From IMG/VR virus record IMGVR_UViG_3300006217_000126: a DNA stretch of 43,401 bases; one strand, given 5' to 3'. The notes beneath the pieces were generated by a model that was not told the origin of the DNA, searched no databases, and saw only the letters and a program-made list of their open reading frames with translations. The translations under genes were made by a program, and so were the position numbers. This DNA comes from a virus. Below are positions 8,024-17,520 of the stretch, piece after piece; position 1 is the stretch's first letter, and every line of letters starts with the position of its first letter.

Positions 8024-9394
8024 ATGAATGAAGAATTAAAGAAGATGCTTGACGGTATCAAGGCAAAAAAACAGGAAGTACGGGATTTCTGCAAGGCGGG
8101 TAAGATTGAGGACGCGGCAAAGGCAAAGGATGAGTTGAAAAAGCTGCAGGCACAGTTTGATTTGCTGTATGATTTAGAGCAGGATAGACTGGACGATATG
8201 CAGCAGAAAGCAGTAAACGGAACCGTGAAAAAGATTGTGGATCAGACAAAGAAAATCGCGGGTGCGTTTGTGAACGCAATCAAAGCAGCAGTAGGAAAGG
8301 GCGATTTGTCAGCAGAGGATAAAGAGATCCTTAATTCCATGAACGAAGGCAAGGACGAGGACGGGGGACTTACGGTACCGAAGGACATTAGAACGGCGAT
8401 TAAGGAGCTGAGGCGCTCGGAAGACGCACTGGAAAATCTTGTAAACGTGGAACGTGTAACTACATTAAGCGGCAGCAGGGTTATTGAACGGCACGCTGAT
8501 CAGACACCTTTTGACAATGTAGACGAAGCGGCAGAGTTTCCGGAGGTTTCCACGCCGCAGTTTGAAAAGATTGATTACAAGGTAAAGAAAAAGGGCGGAA
8601 TTTTAAAGGTTACACAGGAACTTTTGAGTGATACCGCCGAAAACATCATTGGTTATCTGAAAAGATGGATTTCTAAAAAAGCAAAGGCGACAAGAAATTT
8701 TATGATTGTTGCCAAAATACGCGAGATTACCAAAGATGCGGAAGTGCCGGTTGCGGGGTTGGACGATCTGAAAAAGATATTCAACATTCTTTTGGATCCG
8801 ACAATCGCGTTAAGCGCGTGTGTCATAACTAATCAGGATGGATACAACTGGCTTGACACCTTAAAAGACAAGGACGGCAAGTATATTATGCAACCCGATC
8901 CGACAAAACCCATGAGTACGCTTTTATTCGGCAAATATCCGGTGAAAAAGGTAGGCAATAAGACTATGCCAAGCGTTGCGGTATCGGGCGGCTATAAGGT
9001 GCCGATTGTGTGCGGCGATCTGAAAGAGGCCATCACGATTTTTGACCGCGAAACTCTGACAATCGACATTTCCAGTACCGCAGGAAAGCTATGGGAAACC
9101 GATCAGACCGGCATCAAGGTAAGGGAGCGTTTGGACATTCGGAGCGTGGATGAGGAGGCGATCATCATGGCGGAGCATTTGATCGAAACATCGGACGGCG
9201 GTGCAGCCGTAGCAAGTATTGAGCCGGAAGAAAAAAGGATTTATACGCAGGCAGAAATTGAAAAGCTGTCACGCGAAAAGATTGTTGCATTGGGAACCCA
9301 ATCAGGGTACGCCATGACAGCAACGGCAGCAGATGAGAAGGCGGCGGTTGTGGCTGATTTTATGCAACAGCAGGCAGCAGCGCAGGGCGAGTAA
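8024..9394 (+). CDS. Major capsid protein (HK97 fold) with N-terminal delta-like coiled coil and a C-terminal extension
   Basis: 456 aa following the protease. N-terminal coiled coil, then GGLTVP..I and other HK97-family segments. Confidence 0.85.
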   Translation: MNEELKKMLDGIKAKKQEVRDFCKAGKIEDAAKAKDELKKLQAQFDLLYDLEQDRLDDMQQKAVNGTVKKIVDQTKKIAGAFVNAIKAAVGKGDLSAEDKEILNSMNEGKDEDGGLTVPKDIRTAIKELRRSEDALENLVNVERVTTLSGSRVIERHADQTPFDNVDEAAEFPEVSTPQFEKIDYKVKKKGGILKVTQELLSDTAENIIGYLKRWISKKAKATRNFMIVAKIREITKDAEVPVAGLDDLKKIFNILLDPTIALSACVITNQDGYNWLDTLKDKDGKYIMQPDPTKPMSTLLFGKYPVKKVGNKTMPSVAVSGGYKVPIVCGDLKEAITIFDRETLTIDISSTAGKLWETDQTGIKVRERLDIRSVDEEAIIMAEHLIETSDGGAAVASIEPEEKRIYTQAEIEKLSREKIVALGTQSGYAMTATAADEKAAVVADFMQQQAAAQGE

Positions 9395-9424
9395 GACGGT
9401 ACAAGGAAAGAAACAAAGATAACG

Positions 9425-9444
9425 GCGGCGGGGGTTCCCGCCGC
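9425..9444 (+). terminator. GC-rich hairpin after the capsid gene
   Basis: GCGGCGGG / CCCGCCGC 8-bp stem with a GGTT loop. Only a short T tract follows, so it may be a partial terminator. Confidence 0.45.
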
Positions 9445-9456
9445 TTATGAAGGCGG

Positions 9457-9759
9457 GTGTGCGGAATGATAATTTCATTGCAGGAAGTAAAAGACTATGC
9501 AAGGATTGATATAGATGAGGACGATCAGTTATTGCAAAATATCCTTATACCGGCAGCGGTTGAATATTTAAAGAATGCAACTGGCAAAGAGTACCCGAAA
9601 AATGATGAGTCGGGTAATGTGATTAACTACACTCTTGAAAAAATCTATCTGCAATTACTTACAGCTTATTGGTACGAAAAAAGAACGCCTGCGGGGGGAG
9701 TTGGGGAAGATTTTAGTTTTATGACAAAATCGTTGATGCTGCAATTACAAAATAAGTAG
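9457..9759 (+). CDS. Head-tail connector (gp6-like DNA-packaging/adaptor protein)
   Basis: Begins LQEVKDYARIDIDEDDQLLQNILIPAAVEYL, the typical N-terminus of this family. Confidence 0.75.
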   Translation: MCGMIISLQEVKDYARIDIDEDDQLLQNILIPAAVEYLKNATGKEYPKNDESGNVINYTLEKIYLQLLTAYWYEKRTPAGGVGEDFSFMTKSLMLQLQNK

Positions 9760-9766
9760 GTGGATT

Positions 9767-10108
9767 ATGGACATAGGGCGAACCAACAAACGGATCACAT
9801 TTTGCAGGTATGAGGAAAAAGAAAACGCATTGTCACAGACAGAACAGGCGTTAACAGAGGTAAAGACGATATGGGCGAGTGTGGAGCCGACAAGGGGCAG
9901 GGAGTACCAAGAAGCGCAGCGGATAAGACCAGAACTGACCTATAAAATAACAACACGATACCACAAAGGCATTACGCCAGATATGTTTATTAAGTGGGGC
10001 AAACGATATTTTAACATCATTACTATTATCAATGTAAGGGAAAAAAACGCGATGTTAGAAATTATTTGTGCTGAAAATTTACAAAATTGTATTGAAGAAA
10101 TACAATAA
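9767..10108 (+). CDS. Head closure / head-tail joining protein
   Basis: 113 aa. Contains IWASVEPTRGREYQEAQ..TYKITTRY, typical of this family. Confidence 0.7.
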   Translation: MDIGRTNKRITFCRYEEKENALSQTEQALTEVKTIWASVEPTRGREYQEAQRIRPELTYKITTRYHKGITPDMFIKWGKRYFNIITIINVREKNAMLEIICAENLQNCIEEIQ

Positions 10109-10177
10109 TCAAAAAGGGGATTGCAGCGAGATAGCGGTGCGGCAATGCTCTTTTTCTGTTTAAAAGGAGGCGTAAAA

Positions 10178-10621
10178 ATGGCTAATAGCTTTGAATTTAG
10201 TTTTGAAGGACTGGAGGAATTTCAAAATGATTTGGAAAAAGCAATCAAAAAGGCCCCTGCACAAGCAGAGGAAACATTGGTAGAACTTGCAATAGAATTT
10301 AAAAATTCTGCAAAAAAGAAAGCAAATGCGGAAATGAAAACTCATAAGTATGCTGAAAGCCAAAAAAGGAAAGCAATCAGAAGAAAATGGGGGCATAAAT
10401 TGGTAGATGATAACTTGGGCGCAGCAGTTTTGATATGGAATAGCGCAAGGCATTTTCATTTAGTAGAAAATGGACATCAGCTTGTGCGCGGCGGTCGGGT
10501 TATTGGTTTTGTACCAGGAAAACACATAATGGAAAAAACGCGGAGTGATTATAAAGATATTGTACCGGAACGTTTTGAAAAAATGGTAGATGATATTTTA
10601 AAGGAGAGTGATCTGAATTAA
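10178..10621 (+). CDS. HK97 gp10-like tail-component protein
   Basis: ATG at 10178 follows AAAGGAGG. Contains the ARHFHLVENGH motif. Confidence 0.7.
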   Translation: MANSFEFSFEGLEEFQNDLEKAIKKAPAQAEETLVELAIEFKNSAKKKANAEMKTHKYAESQKRKAIRRKWGHKLVDDNLGAAVLIWNSARHFHLVENGHQLVRGGRVIGFVPGKHIMEKTRSDYKDIVPERFEKMVDDILKESDLN

Positions 10622-11057
10622 ATTCGTAGAGATTAAAAAGGCAATCAATCGATTACTAAAAAGAAGGTACCCGCCGCCGCAATACAAAATCTATGGGAAA
10701 GAAATTAGGGAGGGATATGATGCCCCCTGCTTTTTCACAGAGATTTTAGACAGAGGCAGCAGGGCAGAAACACGGAATTTTGCGAGGGGCGGCTTTACGA
10801 TTAAGATAATATATTTTCAGACGGAAAAAAACGAATTGGATCAGCTTGAAAAGGTGGACGAAATAAAAGACCTTTTCGGGCTATTTTTTTGTGTCGGAGA
10901 TCGCAAGCTGACAATAAGCGAGTTTTCACATGATTACATCGGGGAGTATCAGGACATTTTGCAGATCAGTATTGAAATTGGTTACAAGGAAAACACGCAA
11001 AAGGAAGATACAGCACCCATAGCCAAGGAAATAGGTATAGAAGTTACGCAGGGTTAA
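10617..11057 (+). CDS. Tail terminator/completion protein (XkdJ-like), non-canonical start
   Basis: The frame is open from 10617, just after an in-frame TGA. It reads IKFVEIKKAINRLLKRRYPPPQYKIYGKEIREGYDAPCFFTEIL... There is no ATG, GTG or TTG before 10836. ATT at 10617 lies 10 nt after AAGGAG (10601-10606). Confidence 0.6.
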   Translation: MKFVEIKKAINRLLKRRYPPPQYKIYGKEIREGYDAPCFFTEILDRGSRAETRNFARGGFTIKIIYFQTEKNELDQLEKVDEIKDLFGLFFCVGDRKLTISEFSHDYIGEYQDILQISIEIGYKENTQKEDTAPIAKEIGIEVTQG

Positions 11058-11089
11058 AAGGAGCGTAAAAAGAAAGCGAGGTAAAAAGA

Positions 11090-12247
11090 ATGGGCGCACC
11101 AAGTATTGACATTAGTTTTATCGAAAAAGGAATATCGGCAATTACGAGGGGCGAGCGGGGAATTGTCATGTTATGGGTAAAGGACACGTTGCCAGAATCT
11201 GCAATCAATCCAGCAACGGTGGTAACAGAAAGTGACATACCGGCGAGCTTATCTGATATGGCAATAGAGCAGATAAAACTGGCCATGATCGGTTATACAA
11301 ATGCACCAAAAAAAGTACTTGTGTATTGTATGGGGATCGCGGAAGATGCAGAAATGGAAGCAGTTGAAACGGGATATAAAAAGGCAATGGAAGCAGCGGA
11401 AACAATCCGTTTTGACTATCTGGCAATCCCAACAGTGGAGACAGACGGCAAAAGTGATGATATTGCTACATGGATTAAATCTATGAGGGCGAACAGAAAA
11501 AAGATGATCAAAGCGGTTTTGCCAAATACAGCGGCTGACCATGAGGGGATTATTAATTTTACAACAGAAAAATGTGTGAAAACAAAAACCGTAGTCCTAG
11601 AGGATGGAACGAAAACGATGGTGGACATGATTTATACAGCAGAGAAGTATTGCGCAAGAATTGCCGGCCTGATCGCAGGTACCCCTATGACGATTGCCTG
11701 CACCTATGCACCTTTGCCAGAGCTATCCGATTGTACACGATTAACGGATCTTGATACACCAGTAGACAGAGGGGAATTAATAATCTTTTACGATGGGGAA
11801 AAGGTAAAGATCGTAAGGGGGGTCAATAGCTTTGTCACAATGATGGACGGAAAGGGTGAAAGTTTTAAAAAAATAAAAATAGTGGAAGCCATGGACATGA
11901 TTAATGATGATCTTGTTAAGGCGGCCCAGGATAGTTATTTGGGAAAATATGCGAATACATACTCAAATAAATGTCTTTTGCTATCAGCGATTAGCAGTTA
12001 TTTCGCCCAAATAAAGAGAGATGGTATCATAACCAGTTATTCCGTTAGCCTGGATGCGGATGCAATCCGTATTTATTTAAAGAGCAGGGGATTACAAGCC
12101 ACATTGGATAATGGGGATGTAAAGGAGGCTGATGAATGCAGCGATGAAGAAATTGTTACAGCAGATACTGGCTCCAGTGTCTTTTTGACTGGAAATGTAA
12201 AAATTTTGGATGCAATCGAGGATATTAAAATGCCCATCTATATCTAG
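11090..12247 (+). CDS. Contractile tail sheath protein (XkdK-like)
   Basis: 385 aa placed before the tube gene. N-terminus reads MGAPSIDISFIEKG..RGERGIV. Confidence 0.85.
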   Translation: MGAPSIDISFIEKGISAITRGERGIVMLWVKDTLPESAINPATVVTESDIPASLSDMAIEQIKLAMIGYTNAPKKVLVYCMGIAEDAEMEAVETGYKKAMEAAETIRFDYLAIPTVETDGKSDDIATWIKSMRANRKKMIKAVLPNTAADHEGIINFTTEKCVKTKTVVLEDGTKTMVDMIYTAEKYCARIAGLIAGTPMTIACTYAPLPELSDCTRLTDLDTPVDRGELIIFYDGEKVKIVRGVNSFVTMMDGKGESFKKIKIVEAMDMINDDLVKAAQDSYLGKYANTYSNKCLLLSAISSYFAQIKRDGIITSYSVSLDADAIRIYLKSRGLQATLDNGDVKEADECSDEEIVTADTGSSVFLTGNVKILDAIEDIKMPIYI

Positions 12248-12259
12248 GAGGTGAAGGAC

Positions 12260-12694
12260 ATGAAAAAATCATTTAAGCCAAGTCAGGTAATCAATGGAAC
12301 TTGGGGAGAGGTGTGGATGGATGGTGAATATCTGGCACAGGTAAAGGCGTTAAAGGTAGAGATTACGATTAAAACAACAGCAATCGGTATGGTCCAGACC
12401 TTAAGAGAAGGACAAAAAATGACAGGAATGGAGCTTAAAGGGGAGATTAAGCTGCATAAGATCAATAGTTTTATAATGAAAAAAATGAGCGAATGTTTTA
12501 GACAAGGTAAGATGATGACCTGTAAGATTGTTAGCAATTTACAGGATCCGGATGCATTGGGTGGAGAACGTGTGGCGTTATATGACTGCATGTTTGATAA
12601 AATTATTCTTGCCGATTGGGAAGAAGGGAAAATGGGAGAGGAGAGCTATAGTTTTACATTTGGGGATTGGGAAATCCTAGAGGCAATTAAATAA
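12260..12694 (+). CDS. Tail tube protein (XkdM-like)
   Basis: ATG at 12260 follows AGGAGGTGAAGG. Contains INGTWGEVWMDGEYLAQVKALKVEI. Confidence 0.8.
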   Translation: MKKSFKPSQVINGTWGEVWMDGEYLAQVKALKVEITIKTTAIGMVQTLREGQKMTGMELKGEIKLHKINSFIMKKMSECFRQGKMMTCKIVSNLQDPDALGGERVALYDCMFDKIILADWEEGKMGEESYSFTFGDWEILEAIK

Positions 12695-12733
12695 AGAGAA
12701 CTATAAAATTTATTCTTGGAGGGAGAGCAGGAA

Positions 12734-13141
12734 ATGAATTTAGTGGAAAAATTATTAGCAGTAGATAAAGGGGAACTTGACAAGATCTCGAAAAAGAAAA
12801 TCGTGAGCAGGCAGTTGTCAAAACTTTTGGGAGCTGATGCGAAAGTAACCATACAAGCGGTAGATGGCGATCTTTTCAGCGGTTTGTCTGCAAGTGGGTT
12901 AGATGAAAGCGGGGAGGTTGATTATGGCAGGGCATTTTCCACAAATGCCAAAATTGCCGCCGCAGGAATTGCGGATCCGGATCTGAAAAACGAGGAATTA
13001 TTAAAGCATTTGGGCGTAGCAACACCGGCAGATGCAGCCAAAAAGATTTTTAAGGGCGAGATCAATCGGATTTCAACGGAAATCGCAAAGTTAAGCGGTT
13101 TTAACGATGAAGAAACAATGGATAAAGAAGTAAAAAACTAA
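12734..13141 (+). CDS. Tail assembly chaperone (XkdN-like), short form
   Basis: Lies between the tube and tape-measure genes. ATG at 12734 follows GGAGGGAG. Ends GTA AAA AAC TAA. Confidence 0.75.
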   Translation: MNLVEKLLAVDKGELDKISKKKIVSRQLSKLLGADAKVTIQAVDGDLFSGLSASGLDESGEVDYGRAFSTNAKIAAAGIADPDLKNEELLKHLGVATPADAAKKIFKGEINRISTEIAKLSGFNDEETMDKEVKN

Positions 13142-13323
13142 TTGAAAGCGATAGAGAGGTACAAATGGATTACCTGCACTATCGCTTTAAAAATTGGAAG
13201 CCGTTTGAGTACATGAGCCTGCCGGAAGGACAAAAACGCATAGCGCGGGCATATATGCGGCAGGAAATGAGGGATAAAGCGGAAGAAAACAAAGAGATAC
13301 AAAAAGTGATCGGGGGCGGTTGA
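12734..13323 (+). CDS. Tail assembly chaperone, -1 frameshift-extended form
   Basis: Slippery heptamer A_AAA_AAC (13132-13138) sits directly before the stop. The -1 frame is open from 13126 to TGA 13321-13323 and encodes ..LIESDREVQMDYLHYRFKNWKPFEYMSLPEGQKRIARAYMRQEM... Confidence 0.65.
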
Positions 13324-13348
13324 TATAGGAAGGGTTATCAGTACGGCG

Positions 13349-15610
13349 TTGCGGTTTATTGACGGATTTACAAAACCTTCAAAAGAAGTCATAAAAAGTA
13401 TGCGCCAAATGGGGAAAGAGGCGATAAAGGCCGGAAAGCAGATACAAAACGCCGGTAAGACAATTTCTAGCACAGGATCTTCACTCACAAAGTCTATAAC
13501 CTTACCAATTACAGGAGTAGCAGCGGCAGCAGTAAAAACTGCTGCTGATTTTGAATCGGCAATGTCAGAGGTTGGGGCTATTTCCGGTGCAAGTGCAAAA
13601 GATATGGCTGAGTTAACTGCAAAAGCTAAAGAGATGGGAGCTACAACATCATTTTCCGCAAGTGAAAGTGCGGAAGCTATGAAATATATGGCTATGGCAG
13701 GCTGGAAAACTGCTGATATGACTAAGGGCATTGCAGGAATTATGAACCTTGCAGCAGCATCAGGCGAGAGCTTAGCGGCAACATCGGACATTGTAACGGA
13801 CGGACTAACCGCGTTCGGAATGGCAGCAAAAGAAAGCGGCAGATTTGCTGATGTTATGGCGGCAACATCATCCAATGCAAATACCAATGTTTCCCTTATG
13901 GGGGAAACCTTTAAATATTGCGCGTCAACAGCAGGAGCAATGGGATATAGCATAGAGGATATTTCCGTAGCAATCGGGATTATGGGAAATGCCGGCATAA
14001 AAGGCAGCATGGCAGGCACAACTTTGAAGAATACCATCGCAAATCTAGCGAAGCCTACAGATGCGCAGGCTGCAGTTATGAAGCAATTAGGGATCAGCCT
14101 GACAGACAGCAGTGGTAATATGAAAAGCTTTGCTGAGGTGATGGACAACCTAAGATCATCGTTTGACGGGTTATCAGAAACGGAAAAGGCAGCAGCGGCA
14201 ACAACTCTAGCAGGTAAACAGAGTATGGCCGGACTTTTAACAATCGTTAACGCGAGCGCAGAAGATTTTAACAAGCTGACAGCGGCAATTAATGGCTCAT
14301 CCGGTTCCGCAGAGCAAATGGCGGCACAAATGTTGGACAACCTGAGCGGTCAGCTTACCCTTTTAAAATCAGCCATAGAGGGAATTGCCATAACATTGGG
14401 AAATAAGCTGATGCCCTATGCAAAATCAGCGGTTTCGTGGGTACAAAAGGCAGCAGATTATATAAATAATTTAAGTGATGCACAATTTGACAATATTGTG
14501 AAATGGGCAGGAATGGCAGCGGCAATTGGACCGGTAATTATGGTTTTTGGAAAGATTGTTACAACAATCGGAACTGCGCAACGTATGTTTGGGACTATCA
14601 CAAAGACAATAGCAAATTTTGGCGGTATTATGGGGATCATTACGAGCCCTGCTGGAATTGTAATAGGAATATTAGCTGGGATCGCCCTGGCAGCCTTTTT
14701 GATCATAAAAAATTGGGATAAGGTAAAAGCCTGCTTCAGCGGTTTCGCCCATTATATCAGCCCATTAATCCAAAGTTTTAAAAAATTCAAGAATATTGGG
14801 GATGTTTTTACTGCATTTACAAATGTAATAAAAAAAGCGCTCTCCAGGAGTGGCGTGGATTTAAATAAATTTAGCGAAACAGTAAATAACATCAAGATAA
14901 GAATAAGCAACATTATTAGTAACGTGAAAACTATAGCAGGTGCGTTGTTTAAAGGGATAGAAAAGAATATCTCATATTTCGTACCTGTGGTTAGCGTGGC
15001 ATTCAATGCAGTACAAAGTACTTTTTTTGCGACGGTTAACACGGTTGTATCACTGGTGGGCAGTGTTATGACGGTTTTAGAAGGGCTGACAACATTTCTT
15101 GCAGGGGCATTTACCGGGAACTGGAGACAGGCATGGGAAGGCATTAAAACGGTATTTAACGGCGTATTTAGCAGTCTTCCAGAGTTGTGCAAAGCACCGC
15201 TAAACGCAGTAATAGCGATTATTAATGGTGCAATTGCCGGAATTAACAGATTGGGACTTACAATACCGGACTGGGTGCCGGGAATTGGCGGTCAGGCATT
15301 TTCCATCAATGTGCCAACAATCCCCATGCTATATAAAGGGACGGATAATTGGAAAGGAGGCATGGCGGTAATTCATGACCGGGGAGGAGAGGTTGTAGAT
15401 CTTCCGAAAGGCTCCAGGGTTTATCCACATGACAAAAGTATAGAAATGGCTCGAAAGGATGGAGCAAAGAATGGTTCTGGAATTGTGCAGATTACAATAC
15501 AAAAGCTGGCAGATAAGCTGGAAGTACGAAATGATGGGGATATAGACCGTATAGCGGAAGCATTGGCTTGCAGATTGAAAAAGGTGGCTTTTAACACTGG
15601 CAGGGCATAG
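13349..15610 (+). CDS. Tail tape measure protein
   Basis: 753 aa. TP901-type core (AMSEVGAISGASAKDM..AMKYMAMAGWKTADM), hydrophobic central segments, TTG start. Confidence 0.85.
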   Translation: MRFIDGFTKPSKEVIKSMRQMGKEAIKAGKQIQNAGKTISSTGSSLTKSITLPITGVAAAAVKTAADFESAMSEVGAISGASAKDMAELTAKAKEMGATTSFSASESAEAMKYMAMAGWKTADMTKGIAGIMNLAAASGESLAATSDIVTDGLTAFGMAAKESGRFADVMAATSSNANTNVSLMGETFKYCASTAGAMGYSIEDISVAIGIMGNAGIKGSMAGTTLKNTIANLAKPTDAQAAVMKQLGISLTDSSGNMKSFAEVMDNLRSSFDGLSETEKAAAATTLAGKQSMAGLLTIVNASAEDFNKLTAAINGSSGSAEQMAAQMLDNLSGQLTLLKSAIEGIAITLGNKLMPYAKSAVSWVQKAADYINNLSDAQFDNIVKWAGMAAAIGPVIMVFGKIVTTIGTAQRMFGTITKTIANFGGIMGIITSPAGIVIGILAGIALAAFLIIKNWDKVKACFSGFAHYISPLIQSFKKFKNIGDVFTAFTNVIKKALSRSGVDLNKFSETVNNIKIRISNIISNVKTIAGALFKGIEKNISYFVPVVSVAFNAVQSTFFATVNTVVSLVGSVMTVLEGLTTFLAGAFTGNWRQAWEGIKTVFNGVFSSLPELCKAPLNAVIAIINGAIAGINRLGLTIPDWVPGIGGQAFSINVPTIPMLYKGTDNWKGGMAVIHDRGGEVVDLPKGSRVYPHDKSIEMARKDGAKNGSGIVQITIQKLADKLEVRNDGDIDRIAEALACRLKKVAFNTGRA

Positions 15611-15613
15611 GGG

Positions 15614-16261
15614 GTGATAAGACTGGAAATCTGGTTAAAACAAGGCGGAACAAAATTCCGTTTTCCGGTTCTACCGGCAGAATATGAAATTACAAGTGAA
15701 AGCAATAACACACAGGTAGTAATCAATGCCATGGGAGAAATGAACTTGATTGGGAAAAGAAAGCTGAAGAATGTTTCTTTCTCATCCTTTTTTCCAAATG
15801 AAAAATATCCATTTTGTCAATACAGCGCTTTCCCGGCTCCCAAAAAGAGTGTAGCTATTATTGAAAAAATGAAAAATCGTGGCACTGTGCGTCTGACTAT
15901 GACGGGAGCTTCCGTAAATATGGATTGTACAATAGAAAGCTTTGTGTGGGGAGAAAATGACGGGACAAAGGATATCAACTTTACATTGGAATTGAAAGAA
16001 TACCGAAGGCCAAAGATAAAAACAAAAACGAAAAAGGAAATCCCACCTCAAAATGTAACGCCGGCAGAAACAGAACGGCCGGCAAAAGAGGTAAAAAGTA
16101 AAACATATACTGTAAAGCAAGGCGACAACCTCTGCAAAATTGCAAAGAATGAAACAGGAAACACGAATAATTGGATGGCGATCTATCAGCAGAATAAGGA
16201 TGTGATTGGGGGAAACCCGGACCGGATTTATGCAGGACAGGTATTGGTGATCAATGTATGA
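15614..16261 (+). CDS. LysM-domain tail protein (XkdP-like)
   Basis: C-terminal LysM domain reads YTVKQGDNLCKIAKNETGNTNNWMAIYQQNKDVIG.NPDRIYAGQVLVI. Confidence 0.75.
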   Translation: MIRLEIWLKQGGTKFRFPVLPAEYEITSESNNTQVVINAMGEMNLIGKRKLKNVSFSSFFPNEKYPFCQYSAFPAPKKSVAIIEKMKNRGTVRLTMTGASVNMDCTIESFVWGENDGTKDINFTLELKEYRRPKIKTKTKKEIPPQNVTPAETERPAKEVKSKTYTVKQGDNLCKIAKNETGNTNNWMAIYQQNKDVIGGNPDRIYAGQVLVINV

Positions 16262-17247
16262 TAATTGAATGGATACGAAAAGCTGGAGAGTATACCTATA
16301 TTACAGATATTACGGAAACGGTTAGTTCTGTGCAATGGAGTGGGAGTGTTGCACAGGCAGCACGTGCCGTAGAGATAACGGTTATTCATGCCCCGGATGA
16401 TAGCAATATAGAAAACCTGCAATTAAATATTGGGACTGGAGATGTGATTCATTTAAATGAGGCTGGGGAAAGCATTTTTTACGGTGAAGTACAGACGGCA
16501 GAAAAATTAAGCCAAAATGGTACAGTTACTTATAGCTGCCTGGATTTGCTAAATCATTTGTTAAAAAGCACAGAAATTTATAATTTTTCGGATACAACAG
16601 CAGAAGATATTACAAGAAAGGTATGTGCAGACTTTGCGATTGAGACAGGGGTCATTGCAGAGACAAAGACTCCTATTAAGAAGATGATTATAGATGGGGA
16701 CACTATTTATGATATTATCATGAAGGCATATACAAAAGCATCGAAACAGACAGGGGATCTTTACATTTGCCGCATGAACGGATATAAATTGTCTGTTGAA
16801 GTAAAAGGGCTCGAGGTTGAAAATTTTGTTTTGGCAGAAGAATACAATATTACAAATAGTACATATCAGGAAACTATTGAAAATATGATAAATGTGGTAA
16901 AGATCTATGACGATACAGGCAGACAGACAGGAGAAGTAAAGCAAGAAGAATGGATTGAAAAATATGGAATCTACCAGCAGATCTATAAGAAAGAAAATGG
17001 GATCAATGAGGTTATAGCGGCCACAAATATGTTTACCGGGATAGAAAAGAAAATCAGTTTAGATGGCATAAATGGCAATCTGAAATGCATTGCTGGAAAT
17101 GCTGTTGAGGTTCAGGATAAAGCAACCGGGCTAAAGGGCATATTCTGGATTGACGCAGATACACATACCTGGGAAAATGGCATTCATATTATGTCTTTGG
17201 ATTTGAATTTCAAAAATATAATGGATAGCAAGGAATCGGAGGAATAA
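16258..17247 (+). CDS. Baseplate hub / late-control-D-like protein (XkdQ/YqbQ-like)
   Basis: 329 aa at the Xkd-order position after the LysM protein. Confidence 0.55.
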   Translation: MIIEWIRKAGEYTYITDITETVSSVQWSGSVAQAARAVEITVIHAPDDSNIENLQLNIGTGDVIHLNEAGESIFYGEVQTAEKLSQNGTVTYSCLDLLNHLLKSTEIYNFSDTTAEDITRKVCADFAIETGVIAETKTPIKKMIIDGDTIYDIIMKAYTKASKQTGDLYICRMNGYKLSVEVKGLEVENFVLAEEYNITNSTYQETIENMINVVKIYDDTGRQTGEVKQEEWIEKYGIYQQIYKKENGINEVIAATNMFTGIEKKISLDGINGNLKCIAGNAVEVQDKATGLKGIFWIDADTHTWENGIHIMSLDLNFKNIMDSKESEE

Positions 17248-17519
17248 TGAATCCATATGAAGAAATATTAACACTTATGAGAAAAGAAGGGAAAAAGGAT
17301 AATACTGAACCGATTCAGATTGGGATCATGGAAAGCGCAGACATTTGCGGAATCGGAAAATTGAAATTATCCGGAAAGGATTTATTAATAGCAGAACATC
17401 TTAAAACCGGCTATAGAAAGGATATGCAAACGTATATTGAACCATTAAAAAGGGGTGATAAGGTAGCGGTATATCGGGTTAGTGATGAAAAATATATCAT
17501 TTTAGAGAGGTTGGTATAG
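17247..17519 (+). CDS. Small baseplate protein (XkdR/DUF2577-like)
   Basis: 90 aa. Called from synteny and size. Confidence 0.45.
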   Translation: MNPYEEILTLMRKEGKKDNTEPIQIGIMESADICGIGKLKLSGKDLLIAEHLKTGYRKDMQTYIEPLKRGDKVAVYRVSDEKYIILERLV

Positions 17520-17520
17520 A

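Noticed and set aside
13138-14340. 400-aa minus-strand ORF
   Set aside because: It lies entirely antisense to the tape-measure gene. The Ala/Ser/Ile-rich product is the mirror image of the Ala-rich TMP codons. It has no RBS or partner genes on that strand.
15421-15429. Perfect DnaA box TTATCCACA inside the tape-measure gene
   Set aside because: It is a single isolated occurrence. About 0.3 perfect matches are expected by chance on both strands of 43 kb, and there are no neighbouring boxes.
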